NCBI GenBank assembly: GCA_029547605.1
Contig: JAKPPB010000003.1
Coordinates: forward strand, 36,212-100,211
Source of the DNA: Methanobacteriota archaeon
GTDB taxonomy: Archaea; Halobacteriota; Methanomicrobia; Methanomicrobiales; Methanospirillaceae
Length of the DNA: 64,000 nucleotides
Reading direction: 5' to 3'
Shown: piece by piece, positions 1-8,981 of the stretch
Numbering within the stretch: the first letter of the stretch is position 1
How the letters are laid out: every line of letters starts with the position of its first letter
Position numbers and translations under genes: made by a program
The notes under the pieces: model-generated
Seen by the model: the letters and a program-made list of their open reading frames with translations, nothing else
What the model was told of the DNA's origin: nothing
The model's database searches: none

Positions 1-414
1 GGGCTCTCCAAGGAAGGCACCAGGGTTGCATTCGGAGGTGAAGGAAACGGCGGGCTGATATTCCCCGCGCACCAGTTCTGCAGGGACGGGGGTATGACCG
101 CCGCAACGATGGTAGCCCTGCTCGCGGAAGCCCGGCAGCCACTTTCCGCGCTCATCGACGCGCTCCCGCAATTCTTCATGATAAAGGAGAAGTTTCGCGA
201 AATGGATGCTTCGGGACTTATAAAACGCCTGATCGAGGCATTTTCAGGTGATTCGCTCGACCTGACCGACGGGATCCGCATCAACCGTGAAGACTCGTGG
301 GCCCTGGTACGGCCTTCCGGGACAGAACCACTCGTGAGGGTGATGGTGGAGTCGCTCTCGGAGACCCGGGCAAGGGAGTTTTACGAAGAACTCATGGTGC
401 ACATCAGGCCCTGA
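1..414 (+). CDS. alpha-D-phosphohexomutase family protein (phosphoglucosamine/phosphomannomutase-like), C-terminal fragment; 5' end lies outside the window
   Basis: Frame 1 is open from base 1. The translation reads GLSKEGTRVAFGGEGNGGLIFPAHQFCRDGG..., followed by the C-terminal 'VRPSGTEPLVRVMVES' motif typical of PGM/PMM enzymes. Confidence 0.8.
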   Translation, partial: GLSKEGTRVAFGGEGNGGLIFPAHQFCRDGGMTAATMVALLAEARQPLSALIDALPQFFMIKEKFREMDASGLIKRLIEAFSGDSLDLTDGIRINREDSWALVRPSGTEPLVRVMVESLSETRAREFYEELMVHIRP

Positions 415-751
415 CCCAGGGGCCTGTCTTTTTCCTTTCCGGGGAGGCCGAACCCGCTGGAGGGGATTTTCGCGACTATTCCTCCCGTGTGAGAATAAAG
501 TTCCCGAACCATTGGGCGTGGAGAGGGTGCTGTTCATCACACTTATACAGATAATTATGTGTCTTTTTTTCAAAAATAACGCGATAATGGGGTTTTATTT
601 GGGTTAATCCGTCCAGGTTCATAAACCAGATAATGCGATATAATTGAGGGGCCGCGCCTCACGGGAATGCTGATAAGTACGCCCGTTGACAGATTTCTTT
701 GTGTTAAATTTCGCGGGGATGAGAGGACCCGCGCGGATTCAACAAGTGAAC

Positions 752-1036
752 ATGAAGACCGTGGAGATCCGCATCTCCGGAAGAGTCCAGAAGGTGGGGA
801 TGCGTAACTGCGTGCGGCATATTGCCGGAACACTCAGTATCAGGGGTGATGTGATGAACCTGCCCGACGGGACCGTCAGGATACGGGCAACCGGAGACTC
901 CCTCACCCTCGACAAGTTCATCTCTATGCTCTACGGGTGCCCGCGAGCCCTGATCAGGGATGTCGAGGTCATGGACATCCCATATACCCCGTTTCCGGAC
1001 TTTGCTGTGGTCAGGGCAGAAGAGGGGACGGATTAG
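752..1036 (+). CDS. acyP: acylphosphatase
   Basis: A roughly 94-aa product starts at the internal ATG 752 (MKTVEIRISGRVQKVGMRNCVRHIA...). The 'V.G.VQGVGFR'-like motif and the size fit acylphosphatase. The longer ORF from 686 has no recognisable N-terminal extension. Confidence 0.8.
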   Translation: MKTVEIRISGRVQKVGMRNCVRHIAGTLSIRGDVMNLPDGTVRIRATGDSLTLDKFISMLYGCPRALIRDVEVMDIPYTPFPDFAVVRAEEGTD

Positions 1037-1950
1037 CGTCCCTCGCAGGAGAGGACGAGGTAATCCTCCTTTCTTATCAGTGCGTCCCGGAGCGCCATCA
1101 CCTGCTCGTCGATAATGTCCTGGCGGATACGTTCCTGGAGCGCTTTCGTGAGCGCCTGAAGGAGTTCATCGCCGAGAATGCAGCGGGATGGGGTGCATTC
1201 GTAGTCCTCTTCTGCGAGTCCTCCCCGCGCAATGGCTGATACCGCGCTGTCCACCATCGCCGGTTTAAAGGGGTCAATTATGTCATAGACAAGGCCACCC
1301 TTGCCCTTGTGCAAAAAACCCATGTCCGGATCCAGGTGCGCCCCTATGGCCGTTACGCAGGCATTGCCAAAGAGAATGCCATATCCAAAGGAGAGCATAG
1401 TGTTTACCACATCCACGTGTGGGCGGGCAGTCCTGCGGCGGAAGCCGAGTTCAGGGGGAACGGTCCTTGCAAGAATCTCGTAATACATGTCCGAGACGAG
1501 GCGGTGGACCCGCCGGAGCTCTTCCATCCTGACCAGGAACTCGAGCTCGGCATAACTCTTCTCGAGGATCTCAAGCTCACCCTCGTAAAAAAGGGGTTCA
1601 TCCTTATGTTCCTGGAGCCCGACAAGCGCCTGAATCCGGGAATGGACACTGCCTTTTGCGACCGCCAGGGCAAATGAATGGGAGAATGCCTTTGACTGCG
1701 CCTCCCTGACAACCTCGTCATAGCGGAATCCGAATGGCCGGAGGACCCCCAGAGGCTCACCGTCAGCTTCAAAAAAGGAGATGCAGGATCCCGATGCGAG
1801 CAGCCGAGAAATCACCGAGGTGTGAAGGGAATGGCCCCCCATCACCAGGAGGTGCCTCACCCTGGAAAGTGGCAACTCTTCAATTTTCCCGTTCTTCTGC
1901 ACGATCAGGGCCCGCGGCGTTGCCTTAAGGTGGGCCCCGAATCCTGACAC
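1033..1950 (-). CDS. cas1: Cas1-family protein, stand-alone (no cas2 or CRISPR array anywhere in the window)
   Basis: 305 aa. The N-terminal beta-domain pattern is present (ALIVQKNGKIEELPLSRVRHLLVMGGHSLHTSVISRLLASGSCISFF..DGEPLG). C-terminal Cas1 signatures are 'PHVDVVNTMLSFGYGILF' and 'GFLHKGKGGLVYDIIDPFKP' (conserved His and Asp..Asp). Confidence 0.75.
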   Translation of the reverse strand: MSGFGAHLKATPRALIVQKNGKIEELPLSRVRHLLVMGGHSLHTSVISRLLASGSCISFFEADGEPLGVLRPFGFRYDEVVREAQSKAFSHSFALAVAKGSVHSRIQALVGLQEHKDEPLFYEGELEILEKSYAELEFLVRMEELRRVHRLVSDMYYEILARTVPPELGFRRRTARPHVDVVNTMLSFGYGILFGNACVTAIGAHLDPDMGFLHKGKGGLVYDIIDPFKPAMVDSAVSAIARGGLAEEDYECTPSRCILGDELLQALTKALQERIRQDIIDEQVMALRDALIRKEDYLVLSCEGR

Positions 1951-2282
1951 CAGATACCAGGGGACGGGGACGATGATTCACTGCTCCTTTTCCACCCTGT
2001 GCGAGGGGGTTTATCGATATACTCATTTCCAGGATTCTGCTACTTCAATGCATCGTCGACACGGGTGATCGCCGATGAGGGTAGGGGGAATCGCAGAAAT
2101 CCTCGATCGCCATGCCATGACTTGACAATGTTTTTCATCCGCCGGTGCAAGATTCTATGAGAAGCCCACGTCGGATCTGCGCCCACGACAATTCCCTCCT
2201 CGTGGAGCAGAAGGAACAGGCTGGACTGGTGGCAGAATGAGAGCGATTAACGGAGTCCGAGAGGACCTGGGGACCCGAGACC

Positions 2283-3572
2283 ATGTTCTGGGATGAGAAG
2301 ACCGAGACCCTCCCAAAAAAAGACCTTGAGGAACTGCAGCTGAAACGTCTCAAGAAGACCGTTGCACAGGTCCAGAACGTGGAGTTTTACAGGAGGTTAC
2401 TCCGGGAAGCCCAGGTAAGACCTGAAGATATCAGGACTCTTGCAGACATCGAGAAGATCCCCTTTACAAGGAAGCAGGACCTTCGTGACGGATACCCGTT
2501 CGGGTTTTTTGCCGTGCCCATCCACAAGGTAGTGCGCATCCACACCACTTCCGGGACAACCGGAAAACCGACTGTGGTGGGGTATACCCGGAAAGACCTT
2601 GAGACGTGGGCAGATCTGATTGCAAGGAACATGACGATGGTAGGGCTGACGGACCGGGACATCTTCCAGAACATGGTCAACTACGGGATGTTCACCGGGG
2701 GCCTGGGGTTCCACTATGGTGCCGAGAAAATCGGCATGACGGTGATCCCGAGCGCGACCGGGAACACCAGGAGACAGATCGAGATGATCCAGGATTTCGG
2801 GGTAACAGCGATCCACTGCACGCCCAGTTATGGAATGCACCTCGCAGAGGTTGCCGAAGAGACGGGCGCTCACCTGGAATCCCTCACCACAGGACTTTTT
2901 GGCGCGGAGCCATGGTCGGACGCGATGCGGGCAGAACTTGAGAAGAAGCTCGGGGTGACTGCATTTGACTCCTACGGCCTCTCGGAACTCTTCGGGCCCG
3001 GTGTGGCATTCGAATGCCCCGAACGGGATGGCCTGCACATATGGCACGACTGCTACCTAGTCGAGATCATCGATCCCCGGACCGGGGAGACGCTCGGCGA
3101 CGGGGAGCGGGGCGAACTCGTGGTCACCCCGCTTGTCAAGGAGGCCATGCCACTTCTGCGCTACCGCACGGGTGACATCACTATGCGCTTCGAAGACGAA
3201 TGCCTCTGCGGACGGGCAAAAAAGATTGCACGGATTACCGGGAGGAGTGACGATATGCTGGTCATAAGGGGTATTAATGTGTTTCCGTCGCAGATCGAGC
3301 ACGTACTGCTGCGGATACCAGAGGTGGGGAACCATTTTATGGTATACGTTGACCGGGTCAACCACCTGGATGAGATGACGATCGACGTTGAGATCAACCG
3401 TGACTACTTCTCGGGCGAACTCCAGGACCTTGCCCGGATACAGAAGAAAGTGGTAAAGGAACTGCGGGACACGCTGGAGCTTCGCACCACCGTCAAGCTG
3501 GTGGAGCCTGGTTCCCTCCCACGGTTCGAGGGGAAGGCAAAACGGGTGATCGACCGCAGGGGTGAGATGTGA
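2283..3572 (+). CDS. paaK: phenylacetate-CoA ligase family adenylate-forming enzyme (PaaK / coenzyme F390 synthetase-like), copy 1
   Basis: 429 aa. Motifs present are 'TSGTTGKPTVVGYT', 'YGLSE' and 'GRSDDMLVIRGINVFPSQIE', plus the C-terminal 'LPRFEGKAKRVIDRR'. Confidence 0.85.
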   Translation: MFWDEKTETLPKKDLEELQLKRLKKTVAQVQNVEFYRRLLREAQVRPEDIRTLADIEKIPFTRKQDLRDGYPFGFFAVPIHKVVRIHTTSGTTGKPTVVGYTRKDLETWADLIARNMTMVGLTDRDIFQNMVNYGMFTGGLGFHYGAEKIGMTVIPSATGNTRRQIEMIQDFGVTAIHCTPSYGMHLAEVAEETGAHLESLTTGLFGAEPWSDAMRAELEKKLGVTAFDSYGLSELFGPGVAFECPERDGLHIWHDCYLVEIIDPRTGETLGDGERGELVVTPLVKEAMPLLRYRTGDITMRFEDECLCGRAKKIARITGRSDDMLVIRGINVFPSQIEHVLLRIPEVGNHFMVYVDRVNHLDEMTIDVEINRDYFSGELQDLARIQKKVVKELRDTLELRTTVKLVEPGSLPRFEGKAKRVIDRRGEM

Positions 3573-4873
3573 TGAGGGCATGGGATCCCCGAATAGAAGA
3601 GATGCCGAAAGCCGATCTTGCGGCAATGCAATACCGGCTTCTCAAGACCCTCGTCTATCGACTTTACAGCTTCAGCCCTTTTTTCCACCGCCGCATGGAG
3701 GAGAGCAGGGTCCATCCCGACGATATCAGGTCACTTGAAGATATCAGGAAGCTCCCCTTCATGTACAAGCGCGACCTCCGGGACAACTACCCGGACGGGC
3801 TCTTTGTCTGCACACAGGACGACCTGGTGAGGTACCATGTGTCGTCCGGGACCACGGGTAAACCCACGGTCGTAGGATATACCGAGAGGGATCTTGAGAA
3901 CTGGACCGCCTCTCTTGCACGGGGGCTTGTCTCCTGTGGACTCGGGAGGGGGGACGTCATCCAGGTCAGCTACGGATACGGCCTCTTCACCGGCGGGCTT
4001 GGACTGCACTACGGGGCGGAACGGATCGGCGCGACCGTGCTCCCGACAAGTGTCGGGAACACCGAGCGTCAGATCGAGCTGATGCAGGACCTCAAGGCTA
4101 CCGCGATCGCATGCACTCCATCCTACCTCCTCCACATGGGAGAAGTTGCCGAGAAGATGGGGGTCAGCATCAAGGACGACACACTCCTGAAAGTGGGGAT
4201 CCTTGGCGCTGAGCCCTGGTCGGAGAAAATGCGGCAACGGATCCAGGAGTGGCTCGGGATCCGTGCGTACGACATTTACGGCACCAGCGAGCTCTCAGGT
4301 CCGATGTTCTGCGAGTGCACCGAGCAGAAAGGGTTCCACGTCTGGGGTGACCTTGCCTACGTAGAGATCCTCGACCCCGAGACGCTTGAACCACTGCCTG
4401 CAGGTGAGCGGGGGGAGATGGTGATCACCATGCTGCAGAAGGAAGCGCTTCCCATGGTGAGGTACAGGATCGGGGACATCAGCGCAATCGACGACTCGGT
4501 TTGCGCGTGCGGGCGGACCCACCCGCGGGTGCAGCGAATCACCGGGAGGGTCGACGACATGCTGATCATCAGGGGGATCAACGTCTTCCCCTCGCAGATT
4601 GAGTATGCCCTGATGTCAATCCCGGAGGTAGGGCAGCACTTCCAGATCATAGTGGACAGGAAAGGCGCACTTGATGACATGCTCGTCCAGGTTGAAGTGA
4701 AGAAAGAAGCATTCTCGGACAAGATCACCGACCTGATGAGCATAAGGAAGAAGGTTGAGCACAAGCTCAAGAATATCCTCAACGTGGCAGTGAATGTCGA
4801 ACTTGTCGAGCCAGGATCGCTGCCCAGGTTCGAGGGGAAGGCAAAGCGGGTGATCGACAGGAGGAAGATCTGA
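3572..4873 (+). CDS. paaK: phenylacetate-CoA ligase family enzyme, copy 2 (paralogue of the upstream gene)
   Basis: It carries the same motif set (SSGTTGKPTVVGYT, GRVDDMLIIRGINVFPSQIE, LPRFEGKAKRVIDRR). ATG 3572 shares one base with the upstream TGA stop (TGATG). The ORF track starts 3 nt earlier at a GTG. Confidence 0.85.
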   Translation: MRAWDPRIEEMPKADLAAMQYRLLKTLVYRLYSFSPFFHRRMEESRVHPDDIRSLEDIRKLPFMYKRDLRDNYPDGLFVCTQDDLVRYHVSSGTTGKPTVVGYTERDLENWTASLARGLVSCGLGRGDVIQVSYGYGLFTGGLGLHYGAERIGATVLPTSVGNTERQIELMQDLKATAIACTPSYLLHMGEVAEKMGVSIKDDTLLKVGILGAEPWSEKMRQRIQEWLGIRAYDIYGTSELSGPMFCECTEQKGFHVWGDLAYVEILDPETLEPLPAGERGEMVITMLQKEALPMVRYRIGDISAIDDSVCACGRTHPRVQRITGRVDDMLIIRGINVFPSQIEYALMSIPEVGQHFQIIVDRKGALDDMLVQVEVKKEAFSDKITDLMSIRKKVEHKLKNILNVAVNVELVEPGSLPRFEGKAKRVIDRRKI

Positions 4874-4874
4874 T

Positions 4875-5309
4875 ATGAAAGAGAACAAGTTCGTGATCAA
4901 GCAGATATCGGTATTCTCTGAGAACAAGCCTGGCCGGCTCGCGGCCATCGCCAGGGCGCTGCAGGAGGAGAAGATCAACATCATGGCATTCTCCATCGCC
5001 GAGGCAGATGGCTTTGGGGTGGTTCGGGCGCTCGTTGACAAGCCGAAGAAAGCACACGAGAAGCTTGGAAAGCTTGGATTCAACGTGGCATTCACCGATG
5101 TGATCGCAGTCCAGATGAAGGACGAGCCTGGCGGCCTCTACGAGACCGCACGGATCCTGGGAGAAGGGCAGATTAACATCGAGTATGCCTATGCATACTC
5201 GGGAAAAGAGGCCGCGGTCCTTATCCTGCGGGTTGACAACGTGGAGGCGGCGATTGCCGCGATCCAGAAGGGCGGAGGGACGCTCATCGAGAGCTCCCTC
5301 TTCCAGTAA
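4875..5309 (+). CDS. tandem ACT-domain small-molecule-binding protein
   Basis: 144 aa with two ACT-like halves (ISVFSENKPGRLAAIARAL...; MKDEPGGLYETARILGE...). It starts 1 nt after the paaK2 stop. Confidence 0.8.
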   Translation: MKENKFVIKQISVFSENKPGRLAAIARALQEEKINIMAFSIAEADGFGVVRALVDKPKKAHEKLGKLGFNVAFTDVIAVQMKDEPGGLYETARILGEGQINIEYAYAYSGKEAAVLILRVDNVEAAIAAIQKGGGTLIESSLFQ

Positions 5310-5317
5310 ACCCCCCC

Positions 5318-6604
5318 TCACTTCTTCTCCCACCTGACCAGCTCAGAGACTCGGGAAAGGGTGCTGCCTCTCCGGATCTCCTCCCTGACTCTCTCTTCGG
5401 TCTTCTTTACTTCCATCGCCCGGCGGGCAACCTCGAATGCCCGCTCCCGCGGGACCACCACCACCCCGCTCTCATCCCCGGCAACCCAGTCCCCGGGGCG
5501 CACCACCTGGCCGCCGCACCGGATCTCGGCATTGATCTCGCCAAATCCCTTGGGCTCGCCTGCATTCGGGACCACGGCACGGGAAAAGACGGGGAAGCCC
5601 AATCTCCGGATGTCGTCCACGTCCCGGACGGCTCCATCGATCACAATACCAGAGAGCCCGCGCTTCATCGCGCTCAGGGTGGCAAGCTCTCCCCAGCATG
5701 CCACATGCCTGGCACCCTGGTTGTCGATCACCAGCACGTCACCCGGAGCGGCCACATCGATTGCTTCGACCGGTTTGGCCCAGTCTCCCGCAAACCCCTG
5801 AACAGTCACGGCCTTTCCCGCTATCCTTGTGCCCCCGCAGATTGGAGATATCCCCTCCATGGCGCCCTTCCGGTGCATCGCATCAGAGATATTCGGAGTG
5901 GAGACGACGCGCAGGATATCGCGTATTGCCTGTTCCGGGGAGACATGCTCTTCGCGGGAGAGTGAGGGGTTATCGATTGCGTGCCTGATCGACCTGGCCG
6001 ATGCTGCCACTTCGGCTGAACGGGTGATTGCCCCTCCTACAATGACCACATCCGCACCCCCCATGACTGCCTGCGGTGCCGTGGTTGCATCAAGGCCTCC
6101 CGCAGCGGCAACCATGACATTCACCGCGTCTCTCAAAGCGGTGAGCATCGAGAGAGAGCTCTTCCCGATCATCTGCTGGTCGATCCCGACATGGGCGTTG
6201 ACGATATGCACTCCCATCTTCTCCAGTTCGCGGGCGCGTTCGACCGGGGAACGGACATTGATCAGGTCTGCCATCAGCTTCACGCCGTACAGGTCCGCGG
6301 CCCGGACCGCCTCGGCGATCACGGTGTCGTCCGCGTCGGCAAGGATGCAGACCACAGAGGCACCTGCCTTGGCAGCCATCTCCACCTCAAGCGTGCCCGT
6401 GTCTGCGATCTTCATGTCCGCCACGATCTCCCGGCCAGGGAAGAGAGCGCGGAGCTTCCTCACCGCTTCCATCCCCTCGCTCTTGATCAGCGGGGTTCCC
6501 GCCTCGATCCAATCGGCTCCCCCCTCCACCGCCTCCCGGGCAATCTGGACGGCCCGATCAAGTTCCGTGATGTCCAGGGCCACCTGGAGGATAGTCCGCT
6601 TCAT
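5318..6604 (-). CDS. 3-hexulose-6-phosphate synthase-like (OMP-decarboxylase fold) domain fused to an RraA-like (aldolase/'ribonuclease regulator') domain
   Basis: The N-terminal half, '[11 protein letters not shown]...[13 protein letters not shown]...[11 protein letters not shown]', matches the HPS/KGPDC family. The C-terminal half, '[11 protein letters not shown]...GDVLVID...ACWGELATL...DGAVRD', matches the RraA family. The start is taken at the MKRTILQ Met (6604). Confidence 0.8.
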   Translation of the reverse strand: MKRTILQVALDITELDRAVQIAREAVEGGADWIEAGTPLIKSEGMEAVRKLRALFPGREIVADMKIADTGTLEVEMAAKAGASVVCILADADDTVIAEAVRAADLYGVKLMADLINVRSPVERARELEKMGVHIVNAHVGIDQQMIGKSSLSMLTALRDAVNVMVAAAGGLDATTAPQAVMGGADVVIVGGAITRSAEVAASARSIRHAIDNPSLSREEHVSPEQAIRDILRVVSTPNISDAMHRKGAMEGISPICGGTRIAGKAVTVQGFAGDWAKPVEAIDVAAPGDVLVIDNQGARHVACWGELATLSAMKRGLSGIVIDGAVRDVDDIRRLGFPVFSRAVVPNAGEPKGFGEINAEIRCGGQVVRPGDWVAGDESGVVVVPRERAFEVARRAMEVKKTEERVREEIRRGSTLSRVSELVRWEKK

Positions 6605-6654
6605 AAGAGAGGTGTGGCACGCCATGGGCTAAATGGTTGCTGACCGAGGGCTGC

Positions 6655-6783
6655 GCCCCTCGACCCCCGGGCGACCTCTCGGTCGCCGCCCTTTATCAGT
6701 TTCTCCTATGCTGTATGGGTTCCGCTGCATACGCTGCCGCCCCTCCACACCCGGGTGATCTGCCATTCACCGCTCTTTATCCT
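6655..6783. repeat. two roughly 45-nt direct repeat units, each a small hairpin followed by CTTTATC
   Basis: Unit a (6655-6699) is gcccctcgacccccgggcgacctctcggtcgccgccctttatcag. Unit b (6739-6783) is gcccctccacacccgggtgatctgccattcaccgctctttatcct. The stems differ (ggcgacc/ggtcgcc versus ggtga/tcacc) but both remain self-complementary. Confidence 0.5.
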
Positions 6784-6851
6784 TTTTACCAATGGAGAAT
6801 GGTCGAATCCCCTCACCAAGCCCGCGCAATCGCGAAAGGAGTGAGGTTGTG

Positions 6852-7216
6852 TTTCATTTTTGATACAGTTTAAACCGATACCTGTGACCGGAGGGGGGAG
6901 AATCCCCCCTCCGGACCACCCCCAATACGCGATAGCGTGCAGGGAGAGTAAACTGGAAAGACCCGGATAATGACTGATATCTATCTCTTATCCTACCCCT
7001 TGTCGGTGACCATACCTATATATGGCTGGGCGAAGCCCCAAGAGCCTTATCGTTAGAGAGTGCGGCCTATTTCATCTTGGAACAGACTAGATTGGAACCC
7101 GTAACCGGATGGGGGAAAATCCCCCCTCAAGACCAAACCCCCAATACGCGATAGCGTGCAGAGTGAGTAAACTGGAAAACCTCTGATAATTACAGATCAT
7201 CTCTGATTCTATCCTG
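6852..7216. repeat. diverged tandem duplication (about 145-nt units, about 217-nt period) with a near-identical 44-nt core
   Basis: Unit 1 spans about 6852-6996 and unit 2 about 7069-7216. The shared core is ccccaatacgcgatagcgtgcag(g/a)g(a/t)gagtaaactggaaa, with only 2 mismatches, while the flanks have diverged. Unit 1 contains a perfect 11-bp hairpin, CCGGAGGGGGG-agaat-CCCCCCTCCGG, at 6888-6914. Confidence 0.7.
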
Positions 7217-7351
7217 TTTCGGGGCTGCTTAAGAGTGTGGGGAGAAACCCGAAAAGGTTCATCGGGGGTGAAGTACCGGTAGAGTTCGCCCGATGAACAG
7301 GGCATGCCCGGAACATAAGCGAGCACACCCCCGCAACAAAGGGCAATGTGC

Positions 7352-7861
7352 CTATTGCTGTTCCTTAAACTTCTCAAAGAAGGTAATGTTGTCCAGATCC
7401 TTCTTCTTCTGGATTGTGATTTCGGCCGGGAAACCAGCTGGGACGAGCGAAACGAGGGTATAGCCATCCGGGACGTCCAGAAGCTTCCTGACCGCCTCTG
7501 CATACTCCTTCTTCTCCCCCGCGACCCAGCAGCTCCCCACGCCATACGACTGGAGGGCGAGGATGATCGTCTCCGTGGCCGCGCAGCAGTCTTCGAGGTA
7601 GTATTTCGCCCCCTTCTCGCCAAACACCGCAATGCAGAGCGCAGCGCTTCTAATGAACTTCCCATGATCTGTGAGGTCCGCGATCTTCCCAAGGAGGGAT
7701 TTCTCACGGACAATACCAAAGAGCCATGGCTGGAGGTTCATTGCCGTCGGGGCATGCCTCGCGCATTCGAGGACGTCCCTGATTATGTTCTCGTCCACAG
7801 GGTCGGGTTTATATTTGCGGACGCTATGGCGTGACTTGATAATCGTAGTGCCTACGTTCAT
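7352..7861 (-). CDS. nitroreductase-family oxidoreductase
   Basis: 169 aa. 'IIKSRHSVRKYKPDPVDENIIRDVLECARHAPTAMNLQPW' is the classic nitroreductase N-terminal signature. Confidence 0.8.
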   Translation of the reverse strand: MNVGTTIIKSRHSVRKYKPDPVDENIIRDVLECARHAPTAMNLQPWLFGIVREKSLLGKIADLTDHGKFIRSAALCIAVFGEKGAKYYLEDCCAATETIILALQSYGVGSCWVAGEKKEYAEAVRKLLDVPDGYTLVSLVPAGFPAEITIQKKKDLDNITFFEKFKEQQ

Positions 7862-7924
7862 GGAGATTCCATCTGCACATGAGGAAAAAAAGGTGTCTTC
7901 ATTGGGCAGCCCCGGTTGTGAGAG

Positions 7925-8959
7925 TCAGGGTGATCTCTGATTCAGGACTGCTACCGTAAGTGCTGCAACAACTCCCAGGACTGCCAGATATCCCCCAAAC
8001 CCGGGCATCGGGGTCGACGAAGGTGTGGGCTGCGGGGGAGTTCCGGTCTCCAGGACCGTTGGCGGTTCAGTGGATGCGGAGGGGGCAGGACTCGTCATTG
8101 TCGCCTCGACCGTTCCCGCAGTGATGGTGGGTTGCGGAGCAGTGGTCGCTGGAACGGGCGTCGTTCCGGTGATAAGGGGGTTTACCCTCTGGAGAAGGAA
8201 CGAGACCTTCTCACTGATTGCCTTCCCGGCAGCAGGGTAATTGTCGGACATCCCGTTCGCGTCGCACCGGGCATACACAGTATACTCGCCAATCGGATAC
8301 TCCGCGCTCCCTGTAGCCCATACCGGCCCCGTCTCGAATGGTGACGACGAGACGACCAGGTTCTCGAGTGAAAATCCCCCAAGAGAGGAGAATACGAGCG
8401 AGTCCGGCCCGTTCAGCCTGACCTTCAGTGGGGCACCGGGAGTTCCCGGCCGGTTGGCCATCACCCACAGGTTTGTCTCGATCCGAAATCCCACCGCATC
8501 TCCCTTGGGGATCCAGGATGCAGCCGGACTGACGACGAACCCTGATGAGTAGTCCACGACCCGGATCTCAATGTGTGGCTCCTCCAGGTAAAATGCGACT
8601 GTGTTGGAAGGCAGGAGGAACCATGGCCCGGTCTTCCCTGCAAAAGTGATCGGAGACGCGTAAAACGCGGTCGGGTCCGCGACTGTCACCTGCGCGGAGG
8701 GCACGTGCGAGACCTGCCCGCCCGTCCCATACCACGCAAGAGTGTCACCCTGCGTGGCACCCGTCCCGGTGATATCCAGGTTCTCCTCACCCACAAAGAC
8801 AGTCCCTCCCATGGGTATGGCATTCTCCGCCGCGGAAAGCGGAACAATCACGATGAGAGTGGTGCAAAGGAAAAAGACCGCCGCAAGACTCAGTCTGCCT
8901 GTCGCCGATCGGTGCATACACAGGTGAGCACACCCGTCGTCATAAACCTTCTCAGGCAA
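7925..8959 (-). CDS. secreted surface (S-layer-type) protein with a PGF-CTERM archaeosortase sorting signal
   Basis: It has an N-terminal signal/TM segment (LSLAAVFFLCTTLIVIVPLSAAE) and a Thr/Pro-rich linker. The C-terminus reads 'PMPGFGGYLAVLGVVAALTVAVLNQRS' (PGF motif, TM helix, basic tail). The true start may be the internal Met at about 8917. Confidence 0.7.
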   Translation of the reverse strand: MPEKVYDDGCAHLCMHRSATGRLSLAAVFFLCTTLIVIVPLSAAENAIPMGGTVFVGEENLDITGTGATQGDTLAWYGTGGQVSHVPSAQVTVADPTAFYASPITFAGKTGPWFLLPSNTVAFYLEEPHIEIRVVDYSSGFVVSPAASWIPKGDAVGFRIETNLWVMANRPGTPGAPLKVRLNGPDSLVFSSLGGFSLENLVVSSSPFETGPVWATGSAEYPIGEYTVYARCDANGMSDNYPAAGKAISEKVSFLLQRVNPLITGTTPVPATTAPQPTITAGTVEATMTSPAPSASTEPPTVLETGTPPQPTPSSTPMPGFGGYLAVLGVVAALTVAVLNQRSP

Positions 8960-8981
8960 AAAAATTAGGACAGCCCTTTCC

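Noticed and set aside
1-2282. A CRISPR array or casposon associated with the Cas1 homologue.
   Set aside because: There are no short regularly spaced repeats anywhere in the window. No cas2, no family-B DNA polymerase and no terminal inverted repeats flank the gene. The neighbours are ordinary metabolic genes.
7087-7719. A 210-aa ORF spanning the repeat region and the 3' part of the nitroreductase gene.
   Set aside because: It runs on the same strand as the well-supported nitroreductase gene but out of frame with it, is Arg/Ser/Pro-rich in the way typical of off-frame ORFs in high-GC DNA, and its upstream part covers the non-coding tandem repeat.
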